A DNA stretch of 61,610 nucleotides, counting the filler, from Sphacelaria rigidula (taxonomy: Eukaryota): NCBI GenBank assembly GCA_964200075.2. It is 6 parts of 6 records of this genome, joined end to end, with 100 filler letters (N's around TTAATTAATTAA, not from the genome) between each part and the next. Parts side by side here need not be neighbours in the genome. Positions count along the whole stretch, not along the records: positions 1 to 10,186 come from CAXNAA020006971.1; 5 more parts are not named here. One strand, written 5' to 3'. Shown piece after piece: positions 1 through 10,286 of this stretch. Under the pieces are notes generated by a model, which ran no database searches, had not been told where the DNA came from, and was given only the letters and a program-made list of their open reading frames with translations. Position 1 is the first letter of the stretch; every line of letters starts with the position of its first letter. A program made the position numbers and the translations under genes.

Positions 1-445
1 ACGGTGCTCCATGTGGAAAGGGAGGGGGGGGCAATGGGCGAACGCCTAAGGCAAGAAAAAAAAGAGTACCCCCCCCCCCCCCCCCTCCTAGGAGATGAAT
101 GGTGGCCACACACGGCGAAACAGGACCGGGATAAGATATGTAAAAGGCTTTTGTGTAATGTATGGAAGAAACGTTATGAGCGCCAGAATGTTGAAGGTGT
201 CTCTACTAGGAGTAGGAACGATGCTCCGTGTCGAAAGGGATGCGTGGTCAATGGTCAAACGACTGAGGCAAGCAACAAATGAGTACTCAACCCCCCCCCC
301 CCCCCCCCCCACCCCCCACCCCCCCCCCCCCCCCCCCCNNNNNNNNNNGGAGGGAGGACTATGCCCCGTGGGGGAAGGGATGCGTGGTCAATGGTAAAAC
401 TCCTGAGGCAAACAAAAAATGACTGTTCCCCCCCCCCCCCCCTCC
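1..445 (+). mobile_element. Stack of three 5'-truncated LINE (family 1) 3' ends, each ending in oligo(C)
   Basis: Three variants of the motif GGGATGCGTGGTCAATGGTC..GGCAAGCAACAAATGAGTAC, each followed by a C run (~69-87, ~291-338, ~428-445). 88-282 matches 25350-25545. Confidence 0.8.
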
Positions 446-749
446 TCCGAGAACTTTGCTTATCGCCGCCTGGAGTGATGAAGTATATCGCCGAATGTAT
501 TGGAATAGGGGCCGCAGGTTTGTTCCACGAGCATAGTTGTAAGGCTTACTTTACATGGACTTGGCATGACGAAAATATTTCGAATATTGGAAGTAACGAG
601 CAAAAGACAGGTCGCATCGCCGAAAAAAATGACACCTCGTGTGGGTCCCGTGTTCTTACTTGGCTGCTGCCGCTGCTGCTCTCCGACTTCGGCTGCCTCT
701 GGGTGTCGCTTAAACCGCGCAGCGAAGTCAACAACCGCAACCATGGGGG

Positions 750-1023
750 ATGAGCATGGGACCATCGCAAGGCCCACAACACCAGCAGTTGGCCCAACCA
801 CCAGGAAAGCACGTGGGATACAGCAACGGCAACTTGAGCATCTCGCCTCCGCAGCAGCAGCAACCGCCGCACGGTGTAGGCAGTGGCGGACACAGCATGA
901 ATAATGCCTCCGTCAGTTCGCCACAATATCAACACTACTCACGTCCTCAGCATCGATACCAAAGCGGTCGTCCCGGACAGTGGCAGCCCGGGGGGCCATC
1001 GTCGCCCAACGGCATCTCGCCAG
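750..1023 (+). CDS. NUFIP1: NUFIP1/Rsa1-like protein, exon 1 (Q/P/G-rich N-terminus)
   Basis: ATG at 750. Donor CAG|GTAATA after 1023 is phase 1, matching acceptor AAG|CT at 1388. Confidence 0.7.
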
Positions 1024-1387
1024 GTAATATCGTGCGCGCGAGCTGATACTTGAGCTTGTCGGATGAAAGTGTTTTGTTCTTTTTCAAAACCGCGGGGCGT
1101 GGGTCATCGTCTGGTGCCTTGCTGTCATCTTCCGGAGTGAAAATAATACCGATTCAATCGATGACCCCGCCCAGGCGGTCAAAAGATAACTGAATATTTT
1201 GGGTGGGTGAATTTTGCACTGCTCTGGTACCCCCGATTAGTTTTCTTCCATTTGTCGAAGGAATTTCGCACCCGCTGGAAACATTCGCATTTGAAGCCTC
1301 CGTTCTCCTCCCCCTCTCTCTCCTTTCCCTCGCCGACAACTTACACGCATGAACACGATCTTACAACACCGGCAAAATGGCTACAAG

Positions 1388-1875
1388 CTAACGAGGGACA
1401 ATGGGGACAATCGCACCAACAGCACCATCAACAACAACCGCAAAACAACCGGAATAGCAGTAGCAGCAGCGGCGGCCACCGGCCCCCCGTGAAGAAGACA
1501 AGGAAGCTCGAAGTTGGGCGGAAGGGCCTGGTCGAGGACGTCGTGAACCTTCTCTCCGCAGGGCAGTCGGCGGATGGACAGCCGCGCGGTAGTACCACCA
1601 GTGCCGTCAAAACAAAACAAGACAAGGACAGCGGGACGAGGTCACAGCCGGTGGTGATGAACGGTGCGTCGGCAACAAGCAGCAGCGGCAGCGGCGAAAC
1701 TACTCTTTTCTGCGAGCCGTGTGAGAAGGAGTTCGCGTCGGAAGCGGCGCACAAGGCTCACCTACTCTCCCACGTCCCCTGCCCGGAAGTGGGCTGCAAC
1801 TTTTCGGCGAGTCGTAAGGTTATCAGTGCTCATCACAGCGCGACCCACGGCCGGTTCAGCGGCTCTGGATTCCAG
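1388..1875 (+). CDS. NUFIP1: NUFIP1/Rsa1-like protein, exon 2 (two C2H2 zinc fingers)
   Basis: Encodes FCEPCEKEFASEAAHKAHLLSH and CPEVGCNFSASRKVISAHHSATH, the paired fingers that precede the NUFIP1 domain. Donor CAG|GTGAGG, phase 0. Confidence 0.85.
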
Positions 1876-1934
1876 GTGAGGGACCAAAATGAGTATGCAG
1901 CAGAATAGCATGGTGATGGTAGGGGTCTCCGTAA

Positions 1935-2045
1935 TCGGCGGGGGCGGGGGGAAAGGTACTCGTGGTATTGTATGCCGTAGTCGTAAGACCACAGACCTCG
2001 CATCCCTACGAAGCCGGGACGGAGCACGCCGGGTTTTCGCGGAAT
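1935..2045 (-). mobile_element. LINE family 2, 3'-end fragment
   Basis: Reverse complement reads CCCGGCGTGCTCCGTCCCGGCTTCGTAGGGATGCGAGGTC...GAGTACCTTTCCCCCCG, matching 24360-24478 and 29830-29937. Confidence 0.75.
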
Positions 2046-3003
2046 ATGCAGGAGCGGGCAGGGGGAGGATGGGGATCCCAGTGGAGGTTGTGATGTTGAC
2101 TTGCCGCAATAGCTGACATATGTATGTTTCGGAAGGGATCGATCTGGGGCGTGCAGGATGGCCTTGGAATGTGTGTGTGCTATATTCGATGACGTGTACC
2201 GTTTAGCTTCTGATCGGTCAATTCTTGGCGTTTGCCGTGAAATGTAGTTCCGAGTGGGGCATGTGGAAAGGGTGGTTGTTGTCCTCCTCCACCACCGCGA
2301 TCCTCGCTCGTGTGCGTGTGGTGTGGATGTAAATAGAAGCGCGAGAGTTGGAGGGATTTCAAACCACCCGGCGGACATGTCAGTGATGCGAAGAATCATG
2401 CCACCTATCTCGCTGGTTCTCTCCTATTTTTTTCCACACGCACTGCTGTCTACGATCGGGGGGGTTCCTCATGCTTCTGTTTTTGTTTCATCCTCTCTCT
2501 CTCTCGGTTTGGAGTATACACGGAGCCCGTCGCATGAAGAGAAACGAAACTAGGCCAGGGCCTGACGTATCCATGCAGGCGCTGAAGATTATTATTGTTG
2601 TCCCTGCGCTTCACTGTACTTTCTATTTTTACCACTAGTTTTTCTTGCCCTGAACTGTGATGGTGTTTCCCCCCCATCACCTTACACAGGAGTAGTAGAC
2701 ACGCGGTCTTTAAATGAAGTTCCGTGTCTAACCCCCCCGCCCCCCCCCCCCCCTCCTCCCTTCTTGCCTGGCCTCCTCGCACCTCTCCTCCCTCTACCGT
2801 NNNNNNNNNNGTTGTTTTTCCCCCCCTCTCCCTTTCCACGGAGTTTTACACACGCGGTTTTTAATTGAATTTCCCTTCCTCACCCCCCCCCCCCCCTCCC
2901 TTTTTTTCTCTCCAAGCTGTCGAGGCCTTGCTTCTTATCCATGTGCTGTTGATGAAGAACCTCATGTGTATGTGCGCTCTTGTCGTTACCTCACGACGAG
3001 CAG

Positions 3004-3119
3004 GCGATTGAGGTCGAAGGTCGCAAATTCCGGGTGCTGTTAGGAACTTGTCCTGAAGAAGTGCAGCAGTGGAGGGAGGCCAGGAGGAAGCGTTGGCCTA
3101 CCGAGGAAAATATGGCCAG
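3004..3119 (+). CDS. NUFIP1: NUFIP1/Rsa1-like protein, exon 3 (NUFIP1 domain)
   Basis: Acceptor CAG| at 3003. Translates AIEVEGRKFRVLLGTCPEEVQQWREARRKRWPTEENMA, matching the NUFIP1/Rsa1 motif PEEI..W...RKK.WPT. Donor AG|GTTTGT, phase 2. Confidence 0.88.
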
Positions 3120-3454
3120 GTTTGTGTTGTAGCTGTCTTGCTTACGGTTGAGGTTTGGGCCACCTGGGAGAGACTGGCGTTGAAACATACGCAGGTATAC
3201 AGAAGAAGAAAAACACGGAGTGCAGAATACAAATACACGAGGAACAAAGAACGTTTCTCATGTTTTTCGAGCGAATGGTATGTTACATGGACTGCTGACA
3301 TGAGCAATGCCAGAATGGAAGTTGTTGGTATCTAGACTCTTCACATCCCCCCCCCTGTTACAGCACAAGAATTAGGGAGGGGAGTCGTGACGAGAACCAA
3401 AGTTCGTGAAGAGAACCAAAGTTCTAATTGCAGTCTCGTGAGGAAGGTGTCGGT

Positions 3455-4618
3455 GATGTCACCGCAGTGTTCGTCCCATTTTATTCCAGTTATTTATAAG
3501 TGACATGTTGAAAACAGTAGAAGTAGCGAAGCAAGGGGTCAGGGTGGGGGAAGATGCTGTATCAGGATTGCTGTTCGCGGATGATTTCGTGGGGATATCA
3601 GGTACACCAGAAGGATTGCAGAAACAAATAGGGGAGGGGCTAGAATACATTTGATTGATTGATTGATTATCTTACATTAGCTGATTATAACAATCCAGCC
3701 CGTGGTCAGGAGCAGCAGAACACTAGTAGAACGGCAGTAACAACGAACGTGAGCAAATGCGCGGTAGTTGTATATAATGTTGAGGAAAACCCGGTAGAGT
3801 TCAGATGGGAGTGCGGGAAAGAGGAACTATCCATCGTAGACCAGTGTACATACCTTGGTGTAGAGAGAGAAGAACAAATGTTTTTGGGATGCACACATTG
3901 ATTGATTGATTGTCGCATTTTAACTGATCCCCCAGGGATCCAGCTGTGGTTTCATGATAGACGTACCCAAGAAAAACGAAAATGAAACACGCTCTGAGAA
4001 AAAAGGAACAGAAAAAAAAAAAAGGGGGTCGAGCAGAACGAGATAACAGACCAAGTCGTAACAAAAAATAATAATAAAAAAGTTAATGCAAGCGAAGCAC
4101 GGAAGGAAATCGCCGACCCGAAACAAGAAAGAGGAAAATAAGAGGGAAGTACAAAGCAAATGAAATAAAAAACAATGGAACAAAGGGAAAAAAAAAAAGA
4201 GAAGGAAATGGCCCAAGGGGACCAGGGAAAAAGAGGAGATACAGAGACAAACCCGCCCAAAAAACAACAGGAAGAGGAAGATGTAAGGCACAGACAAGGA
4301 AAATGGGCGTGATCCTAAGATATTCGCACCCAAGTAGTACGAGGAAGATACGTATTCTGGACAGTGTTGTTGTACCAAAGCTGGAATATGCAGGAGAAGC
4401 GTGAGAGGGGAACGCAAAGTTGGTCAAGCTGGAAACAGTACAGATGACATCAGCTAGGAAAATACTTGGATGCTCAATAGCGGCGAGTTTTACAACATCG
4501 AGAACAGAATTGGTTATGTACCCACTCAAGACAGATGGAAATAGGGGGAGGATAAGTGCTAAGGTTACTCATGTATGAAGAAAAACTCGATAAAAAACGC
4601 GTTTCCTGATGAGTGAGC
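3455..4618 (+). mobile_element. Decayed non-LTR retrotransposon (family 1) reverse transcriptase fragment, interrupted by two (TTGA)n-associated insertions
   Basis: SPILFQLFISDML...GLLFADDFVG (FADD at 3574-3585), then YLGV and VPKLEYAGE. 4283-4618 is collinear with 24500-24830. Confidence 0.85.
3898..4282 (-). mobile_element. Retroposon 3' end with (CAAT)n tail, inserted in the LINE
   Basis: Reverse complement ...CCACAGCTGGATCCCTGGGGGATCAGTT..CGACAATCAATCAATCAA matches the + strand copy at ~21200-21380. Confidence 0.65.
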
Positions 4619-5011
4619 AAAACTCTGTAAGTAGTTTGCACAGTATTGTAGCTCAGTACAGGTCAGTGCATCCAGCGTGTTGCAACCAGCACTCGCAGTG
4701 CAGTACAGACTACCCACGCACCCAAGACTTATATAGACAGGAACGTACCGACCACACAAGACCACAGTATAAGTAGTGCTGATACTGTCGTGTCTACAGG
4801 GCTTGGGTGCGTGGGCAGTCTGTACTGTATTCGAGTGCTGTTCGCAACACGCTGCATGCACAGACCGGAACTGAGCTACAGTACAGTGCAAACTACATAC
4901 ACAGTGTCTGCACAGCACTCGCCATCGACCCTGCCCTGCCCTGTTCTGTTCTCATGGGGGTAAGGATCATCACGCTACTGGCGATCGAAGGACAATAAAG
5001 CAACACCCTGA

Positions 5012-5466
5012 CTACTCCGTCTGGAAAGGGATGCGTGGTCAATGTTGAAATGACTAAGGGAAGCAACAGATGGGTACGCCCCCCATCCGCCCTCTGTGGG
5101 GTTGGCGTCCGTTGGCAATGGCGCTGTAAAACACGCCACTTACTGTAGAAGCTAGGGAAACAGGTTACCCTTTTTTTCGCGCGCTTTTGTTTGTTTTTGC
5201 GGTAACCATGATGGTGGCCGAGCTAGATCATGGTGTGTAGGGTATAAGAACCTCGGTTCTGCGCGAAGGGGATGATCATACTACGTGGCATTTGAAAGGT
5301 GAGACACCCGTGAGGCATTGTGTAAGCATTGACTGTCTCTGGATTTGGCGATGCCAGAAAATGAAGCAACTCATTCGAGGCCGTCATCCAAATGCAAGAT
5401 AATCAGTGCGCTTCGGAATGAACAATATCAGCGGGATGCAGCTCACTCTTTATGCGACTCGCCGAA
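5012..5466 (+). mobile_element. LINE family 1 3' end plus C-rich tail, followed directly by a LINE family 2 fragment
   Basis: 5015-5095 carries the family 1 terminal motif. 5096-5466 matches 23935-24312 and has a GET..H....C zinc-knuckle-like remnant. Confidence 0.75.
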
Positions 5467-6149
5467 CGCATGATTTTACGGCTAGGACAAATCAGGGTTC
5501 ATACGATTTAACTCCCCATGAAATGACAGGATTCAACCATATGCCGACTGTTTACCCCGCATGAACCCGACAATGGATAACATGTAACATATGCAGTGCA
5601 GTAATCTCAACCGTATTACAGGTTGGGAGAAAGGTACACCTAACTGAAGACCCATGAAACGAGAGGATTCAACCATGTGCCGACTCTTCGTCCCGCACGA
5701 GTCATACGCATGACATAGATGTACATGCCATTCACGCCTCATGAAATTATGTATGGGTGGCATGTAGAAGCGATTCATTCCGCATTTTTTTGCAGGGGAT
5801 GAATATGTGCCCATGTTTTACCGCGTATGAATGGAAGGTAGGAAACCGGTACCGTTGACGGTGTACTGCACGACTCAAGAGCTCAAAATCTGCATGTATT
5901 ACAAATGATGTACGAATAGTATGATTTATTCGTTGAAATGATGATCACGATTTGATTCGTCCTGCAGTAACCGTGATTGATTTGTACGGTACAAATCAAT
6001 CACACTGAAATCAAGTAATTTTTACACGATTCATACAGTCGTCCGACCCGTGGCAGGTACCGAAACATTTATTTATTTTTCCACTCAGGAAGTGAGATTT
6101 CCGTGCCCTGCAAAGCTTCTGTTGTCCACACCAACCAGCCGTTCGCCAA

Positions 6150-6423
6150 TTTAGTTTTTTTCCCCTCACATCATGCCCAACAGTGGAGAGCGACCAAGTC
6201 GTGGGTACGCAAAACTCGACTTCACGGTCGGAGTGGAGACAGGACCGCTGAACCGTTCTCGCGACGAAAAGAAAATCAATCACCGCAGAAGTAAGGTGGA
6301 ATGCTGAAGAAAAATTGATGATACAAGGACTGCTCTGTTGACCTTCCTGCTGTGTGACCCCAGCTGATGCGCCCAAATATACCGAAAGGTGTAGATTAGC
6401 CTCTAGAATATATGGAATGGCAA

Positions 6424-6476
<53 letters not shown>
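6150..6476 (+). mobile_element. SINE body lacking the tRNA head, with (CA)n tail
   Basis: Homologous to 36885-37167 (CATGCCCAACAG.GGAGAGCGAC...TATACCGAA.GGTGT). (CA)n at ~6426-6476. Confidence 0.8.
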
Positions 6477-6480
<4 letters not shown>

Positions 6481-6557
6481 TAGTGGTCAAAACACTAGCT
6501 CCAAATGAGGTCGCGCCCTCTCCCCTTCCCTCCCCTTTCTAAAAACAAAAACATCAG

Positions 6558-7286
6558 AAAAGCGGAGGACGAGAAGAAGCGACGAGCGCTGGGTGGCCTG
6601 TCCCCAGACTCGGGTCCTCAGGGCAGAGGCGGCAGGGGGAGGAGAGGCCGCGGCGCCTCTAGGGGTCGGGGAGCACGCGACCGCGGAACTTCTGGAGGCG
6701 CTCATCACGCCGCGGCAGCGGGGGCACGGGCAACCCAGCAACCTCAAGAAGCTGTCGGTGGTGGGGGTGCCGACAGCGAGGGAGGGAGGGTTGGCACCAA
6801 GGGGTGCCCTGTCGACGTCACTGTTGAACAGGAAACCCTAAGCAGCAGCGATAGCGGTGCTGTAGTAATGCTATCCGCGGGTGCTGGTGGTTCTTCAGGA
6901 GGGGAAAGGGGGCAAGGCGAGGAAGGAGCGAAGCGCAGCGCTGAAGATGCCGCCCTGTCGTCGGAGACGAACACGGGGGAGACGCCTGCCAAGGTTGCTC
7001 GTGTTGCTACTGCTGTTGGTGAGGTATCGTGCGGGGAGACCGCGGCGGCGAGTGCGGGTACGGGTGGAGGCGAAAATACCGCGGCATTGGGGGGATCAGA
7101 GGCAGCCTCTGGGGTAGAGGGTGATGATGGAGGGAAGGGTCAACAGGGCGAAGCTGAGGCTGGGGGGGGGGAGGGGGGTGAAGGGACTACTGGATGGAAG
7201 AGATACTGTTCGTTTTATTTACGGGGCAAGTGCAACAAGGGAGAGGAGTGCACGTTTAGCCACGACGTGCAGCGACGAAATTGCAG
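6558..7286 (+). CDS. NUFIP1: NUFIP1/Rsa1-like protein, exon 4 (RGG-like/low-complexity linker plus CCCH zinc finger); gene probably continues beyond the contig
   Basis: Acceptor CATCAG| is phase 2 and matches exon 3 (AG|A = Arg, then KAEDEKKRR). Encodes CSFYLRGKCNKGEECTFSH (C-x7-C-x5-C-x3-H). Donor TGCAG|GTGTGT falls just after the first Cys of a probable second CCCH finger. Confidence 0.82.
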
Positions 7287-7705
7287 GTGTGTATGGGTTG
7301 ATGTGCTGCTCTTGTTGAGTGTCACGGTGGTGCGCGAGGTCATCGTTTGTTTTCCGGTGTGTCGTGTGTGTGGCTTTTTGGGGAGGGGCATGGAGGGAGA
7401 TGGTCGATTCGAAACTGAGGGGTGAATGTCTGGGATCATCATGTAAATAGTTTGCAAGTGTGTCTTGTTTTATTTTTTTCCGGTTGAATCGTGTGAGAAG
7501 TGTTTGGTTACTCTGTTGTTGAATGCTCTTGTGCCGTGTTTGACAACGCGTGGCTCGAGAGCATATTGATTAGCAAGGTGGTGGTTTTCATCGGAAGGGC
7601 GGGGTAGTCCATTTTTACTTTTCCTAGGCCGTCATCACGCCGTGAAGAACTAGTTCAAGTGTGAAAATGCATGTATGTATGTATGTATGTATGTATGTAT
7701 CGAAT

Positions 7706-9092
7706 ATGCTCCCCGTATTCCGTACGGCGCCAGTATCCAGTACAGTATCACCCGTACCCGTATACTGGGCACGACCAGTACCCACTCATATCAGACGGCA
7801 AGAACCCAGTAACCACCAGTATGAGGCTGCAAAATACCCAGTATCCGCTAGAATCAGGAGACAAAAATACACAGTATGACCAGTATCCAACAGCAGGCAG
7901 CGAAATTCGCAGTGTGGCCAGTATCAACCAGTATTAGAAAGCAAAGATACGCAGAGCCGCCAGTATCCGCCAGTATGTGTGTGTACTGTCGAGGCTGGAA
8001 AATACGCAGTATTCGCCAGTATCGGGCGGCGAAATACACCGTATAGCCAGTATCCGCCAGTATCAGGGGGAAATACCTCGCGTTGCCAGTATCCGCCAGA
8101 AGCAGGCGGTAATAATATCCCAAAAGAGGTGTGATTTTTTCCAGCATCACGCTACAACGTGAGATACTTTGCCACACAAAAATACATACGAAGAAGACCC
8201 CTACTGGTCGACCCCCACGTACAGCAGCCCTACGATTATGTCAAAGAATTTTTCTAGTAGTGTCCCCGGGGAAAACCCTGTTGTCGCAGTAGGGGATGTT
8301 GAAGCGGACAGTTCGGGACATGCTGCAGACCGCAACGGTGTTGCTGCTGGACCTGCCGCTCGTACAACACCCCCACCAGCTGCCGGAGAGGAGAGCACCG
8401 CGAGCTTTACACCGATATTCGCGGAAAATGGCGATGTTGTGGAGGTGTCGTACACACTTGCACTACTACATGTTCGTGGGTGTAGTGGTATTCCTGGATA
8501 TGAAGTGCCGGAGGTCTCCATGTGCTTGGAATTCATGTTTTTTGGTCCTCCCTATCACCACGGCAACGTGTTGAATGGAGTGGATGCCAGTATCTACCAA
8601 TAAGAAGCTGCGAAATACCCAGTATCACAGTATCCGCTACGTGCAGTATCAGCCTACACAATACGGAGTATCGCCAGTATGCACCAGTATGAGACGGAGA
8701 AATACCCAGTATCGCAGTATCCGCCAGTATGAGGCAAAAATGGTAGAACCCCCCCCCCCCCCCCAGTTGTCACCAGTATTCCTCAGTAGGACGCTGCGAA
8801 ATACGCGGTAGCGCCTGTATTCAAAATCATCAGGAGGCCAAAATCCCAGTATCACAAGTATCCGCCAGTATGAGGCTGCAGAATACGCAGTATCACCAGT
8901 ATCCACCAGTACCCACCAGTATCAGGCGGCGAAAATACCCAGTACCACCAGTATCCGCCACTGTCAGAGCGCGAAATACTCAGTATCACCAGTGACCACC
9001 GGTATGAGATGAGGAATGACGGGGAGCGCACGGATACGGGCCAGTACGGAAATCCATACAGACCATACTGGTACGGGCCATACGGGGATCAT
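7706..9092. mobile_element. Non-autonomous DNA transposon-like element with dense CCAGTAT subterminal repeats
   Basis: Short inverted ends TCCCCGTAT (7710) / ATACGGGGA (9080). Dozens of CCAGTAT/GCAGTAT motifs in two blocks (7730-8100, 8585-9005) flank a unique core. Confidence 0.6.
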
Positions 9093-9142
9093 CTTTGGTA
9101 TCCATGTTTGTATATATCCCTACGTATGTATGCACGTATAAA

Positions 9143-9491
9143 TGTGTGTGTTGTCTCATTTATTATGGACGCCGGTCTACACCTTTCGGTACATGTGGCT
9201 GCACCAGCCAGGGTCACATAGGAGGGAGTCCGACATGGGAGTTTCTTGTTTTGTTTGTTTGTTCTTAGTACCCCACCTTCTGCGGTTGTTGCATTCGTTT
9301 TTTATCGCGAGAGGGTCTCAACAGTCCCTTTCCCTCAACCATTGAGTCGTAATGTTGTGTATCCATGACATAATCGCTCTCCACTGTTGGGATTGTGTGA
9401 GGAAAAATCCCAGATCGTTCCGAGATTCGAACCCACGGCCCGGCCGTCACAAGGTTTCGAGGTCTCCACCTGAACCACCGGAGGGACCGGC
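9143..9491 (-). mobile_element. tRNA-derived SINE, full length
   Basis: Minus strand shows A box TGGTTCAGGTGG and B box GGTTCGAATCTC. Body homologous to 36805-37167, with a (CA)-rich tail. Confidence 0.82.
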
Positions 9492-9508
9492 GTGTACGTG
9501 GGTACGGA

Positions 9509-9720
9509 CTGCCTCTGTCCCACAAGTAAGGGTACCTGAATTTGAACGGGCCCTCAACGATGCTTGATCGTTTGTTTTCTTTTATGAACTCTAGGGTGTT
9601 TTTTGGGTTGAGAAAATGTGTTTCAAATTTGCAGCTCGTGCTTGAACAATGCAGCCGCGCGGCCGCGAAAAAGTAAGTCGGTCCAAAAATGGCCATTTTT
9701 CGCTCGTTCCCCCAGGAAAG
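9509..9720 (+). mobile_element. One arm of the Stowaway-like MITE family
   Basis: CCTCTGTCCCACAAGTAAGGGTACC... matches the left arm 37198-37400. Confidence 0.75.
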
Positions 9721-10186
9721 CATGATGGACCCGGGAACACGAAAAATCGCGGCGAAAAATGGGCCAAAAAATGTGAAAATCGCGGAACTACCATTGATTT
9801 TGGACATATCCGTGAAATTAACCTTTGCACGCCCCATCCAACATTTTGTAAGCATGTAATTGCTAGTGCTCGGCCTGAAAACGTCCAAAATCGGTCAAAG
9901 ATTGGGGAAAAATGGACAAAAAAGGGTCAAAATGGGGTATATTTCGACACACAGTTGATGGCCCTGTATAGTGCGGGTATGGGACAAGCGATTTCACCCG
10001 CACTAAACCGGGCACCCGCACAATAAGTTTTTTGTCCTTTATTGTGCGCATCCCGCACTAATAATGTGAACATATTACCTCAATGGTGCGGGTCCCGCAC
10101 TATGTACCCTTTTGGCGAGTTGCGGGCTGGTTATGTGCGACTCTTTCGCCCGAAACAGCGGTACGGGTGATGGGGCTACTGTTCAA

Positions 10187-10286
10187 NNNNNNNNNNNNNN
10201 NNNNNNNNNNNNNNNNNNNNNNNNNNNNNNTTAATTAATTAANNNNNNNNNNNNNNNNNNNNNNNNNNNNNNNNNNNNNNNNNNNN
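10187..10286. other. Artificial contig linker (also 20473-20572, 30759-30858, 41044-41143, 51328-51427)
   Basis: Identical 100-nt N44-TTAATTAATTAA-N44 spacer with stops in all six frames, separating length-sorted contigs. Confidence 0.97.

Noticed and set aside
5477-6050. Discrete transposon with CATGAA-rich repeats
   Set aside because: An internal duplication (CCCATGAAA..GGATTCAACCAT.TGCCGACT at ~5515 and ~5651) is real, but the candidate TIRs are too weak and no TSD was found.
9143-9720. SINE plus Stowaway-like MITE as one composite element (adjacent here and at 36805-37737)
   Set aside because: The MITE abuts the SINE head in one case and the tail in the other, so this is chance adjacency of abundant repeats.
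9265-10051. 207-aa and neighbouring ORFs
   Set aside because: They run across SINE and MITE boundaries, so they are chance open frames.
10231-10242. TTAATTAATTAA recurring every ~10.285 kb as a biological periodic signal
   Set aside because: Always centred in an identical N-padded 100-nt block, so it is an assembly linker.
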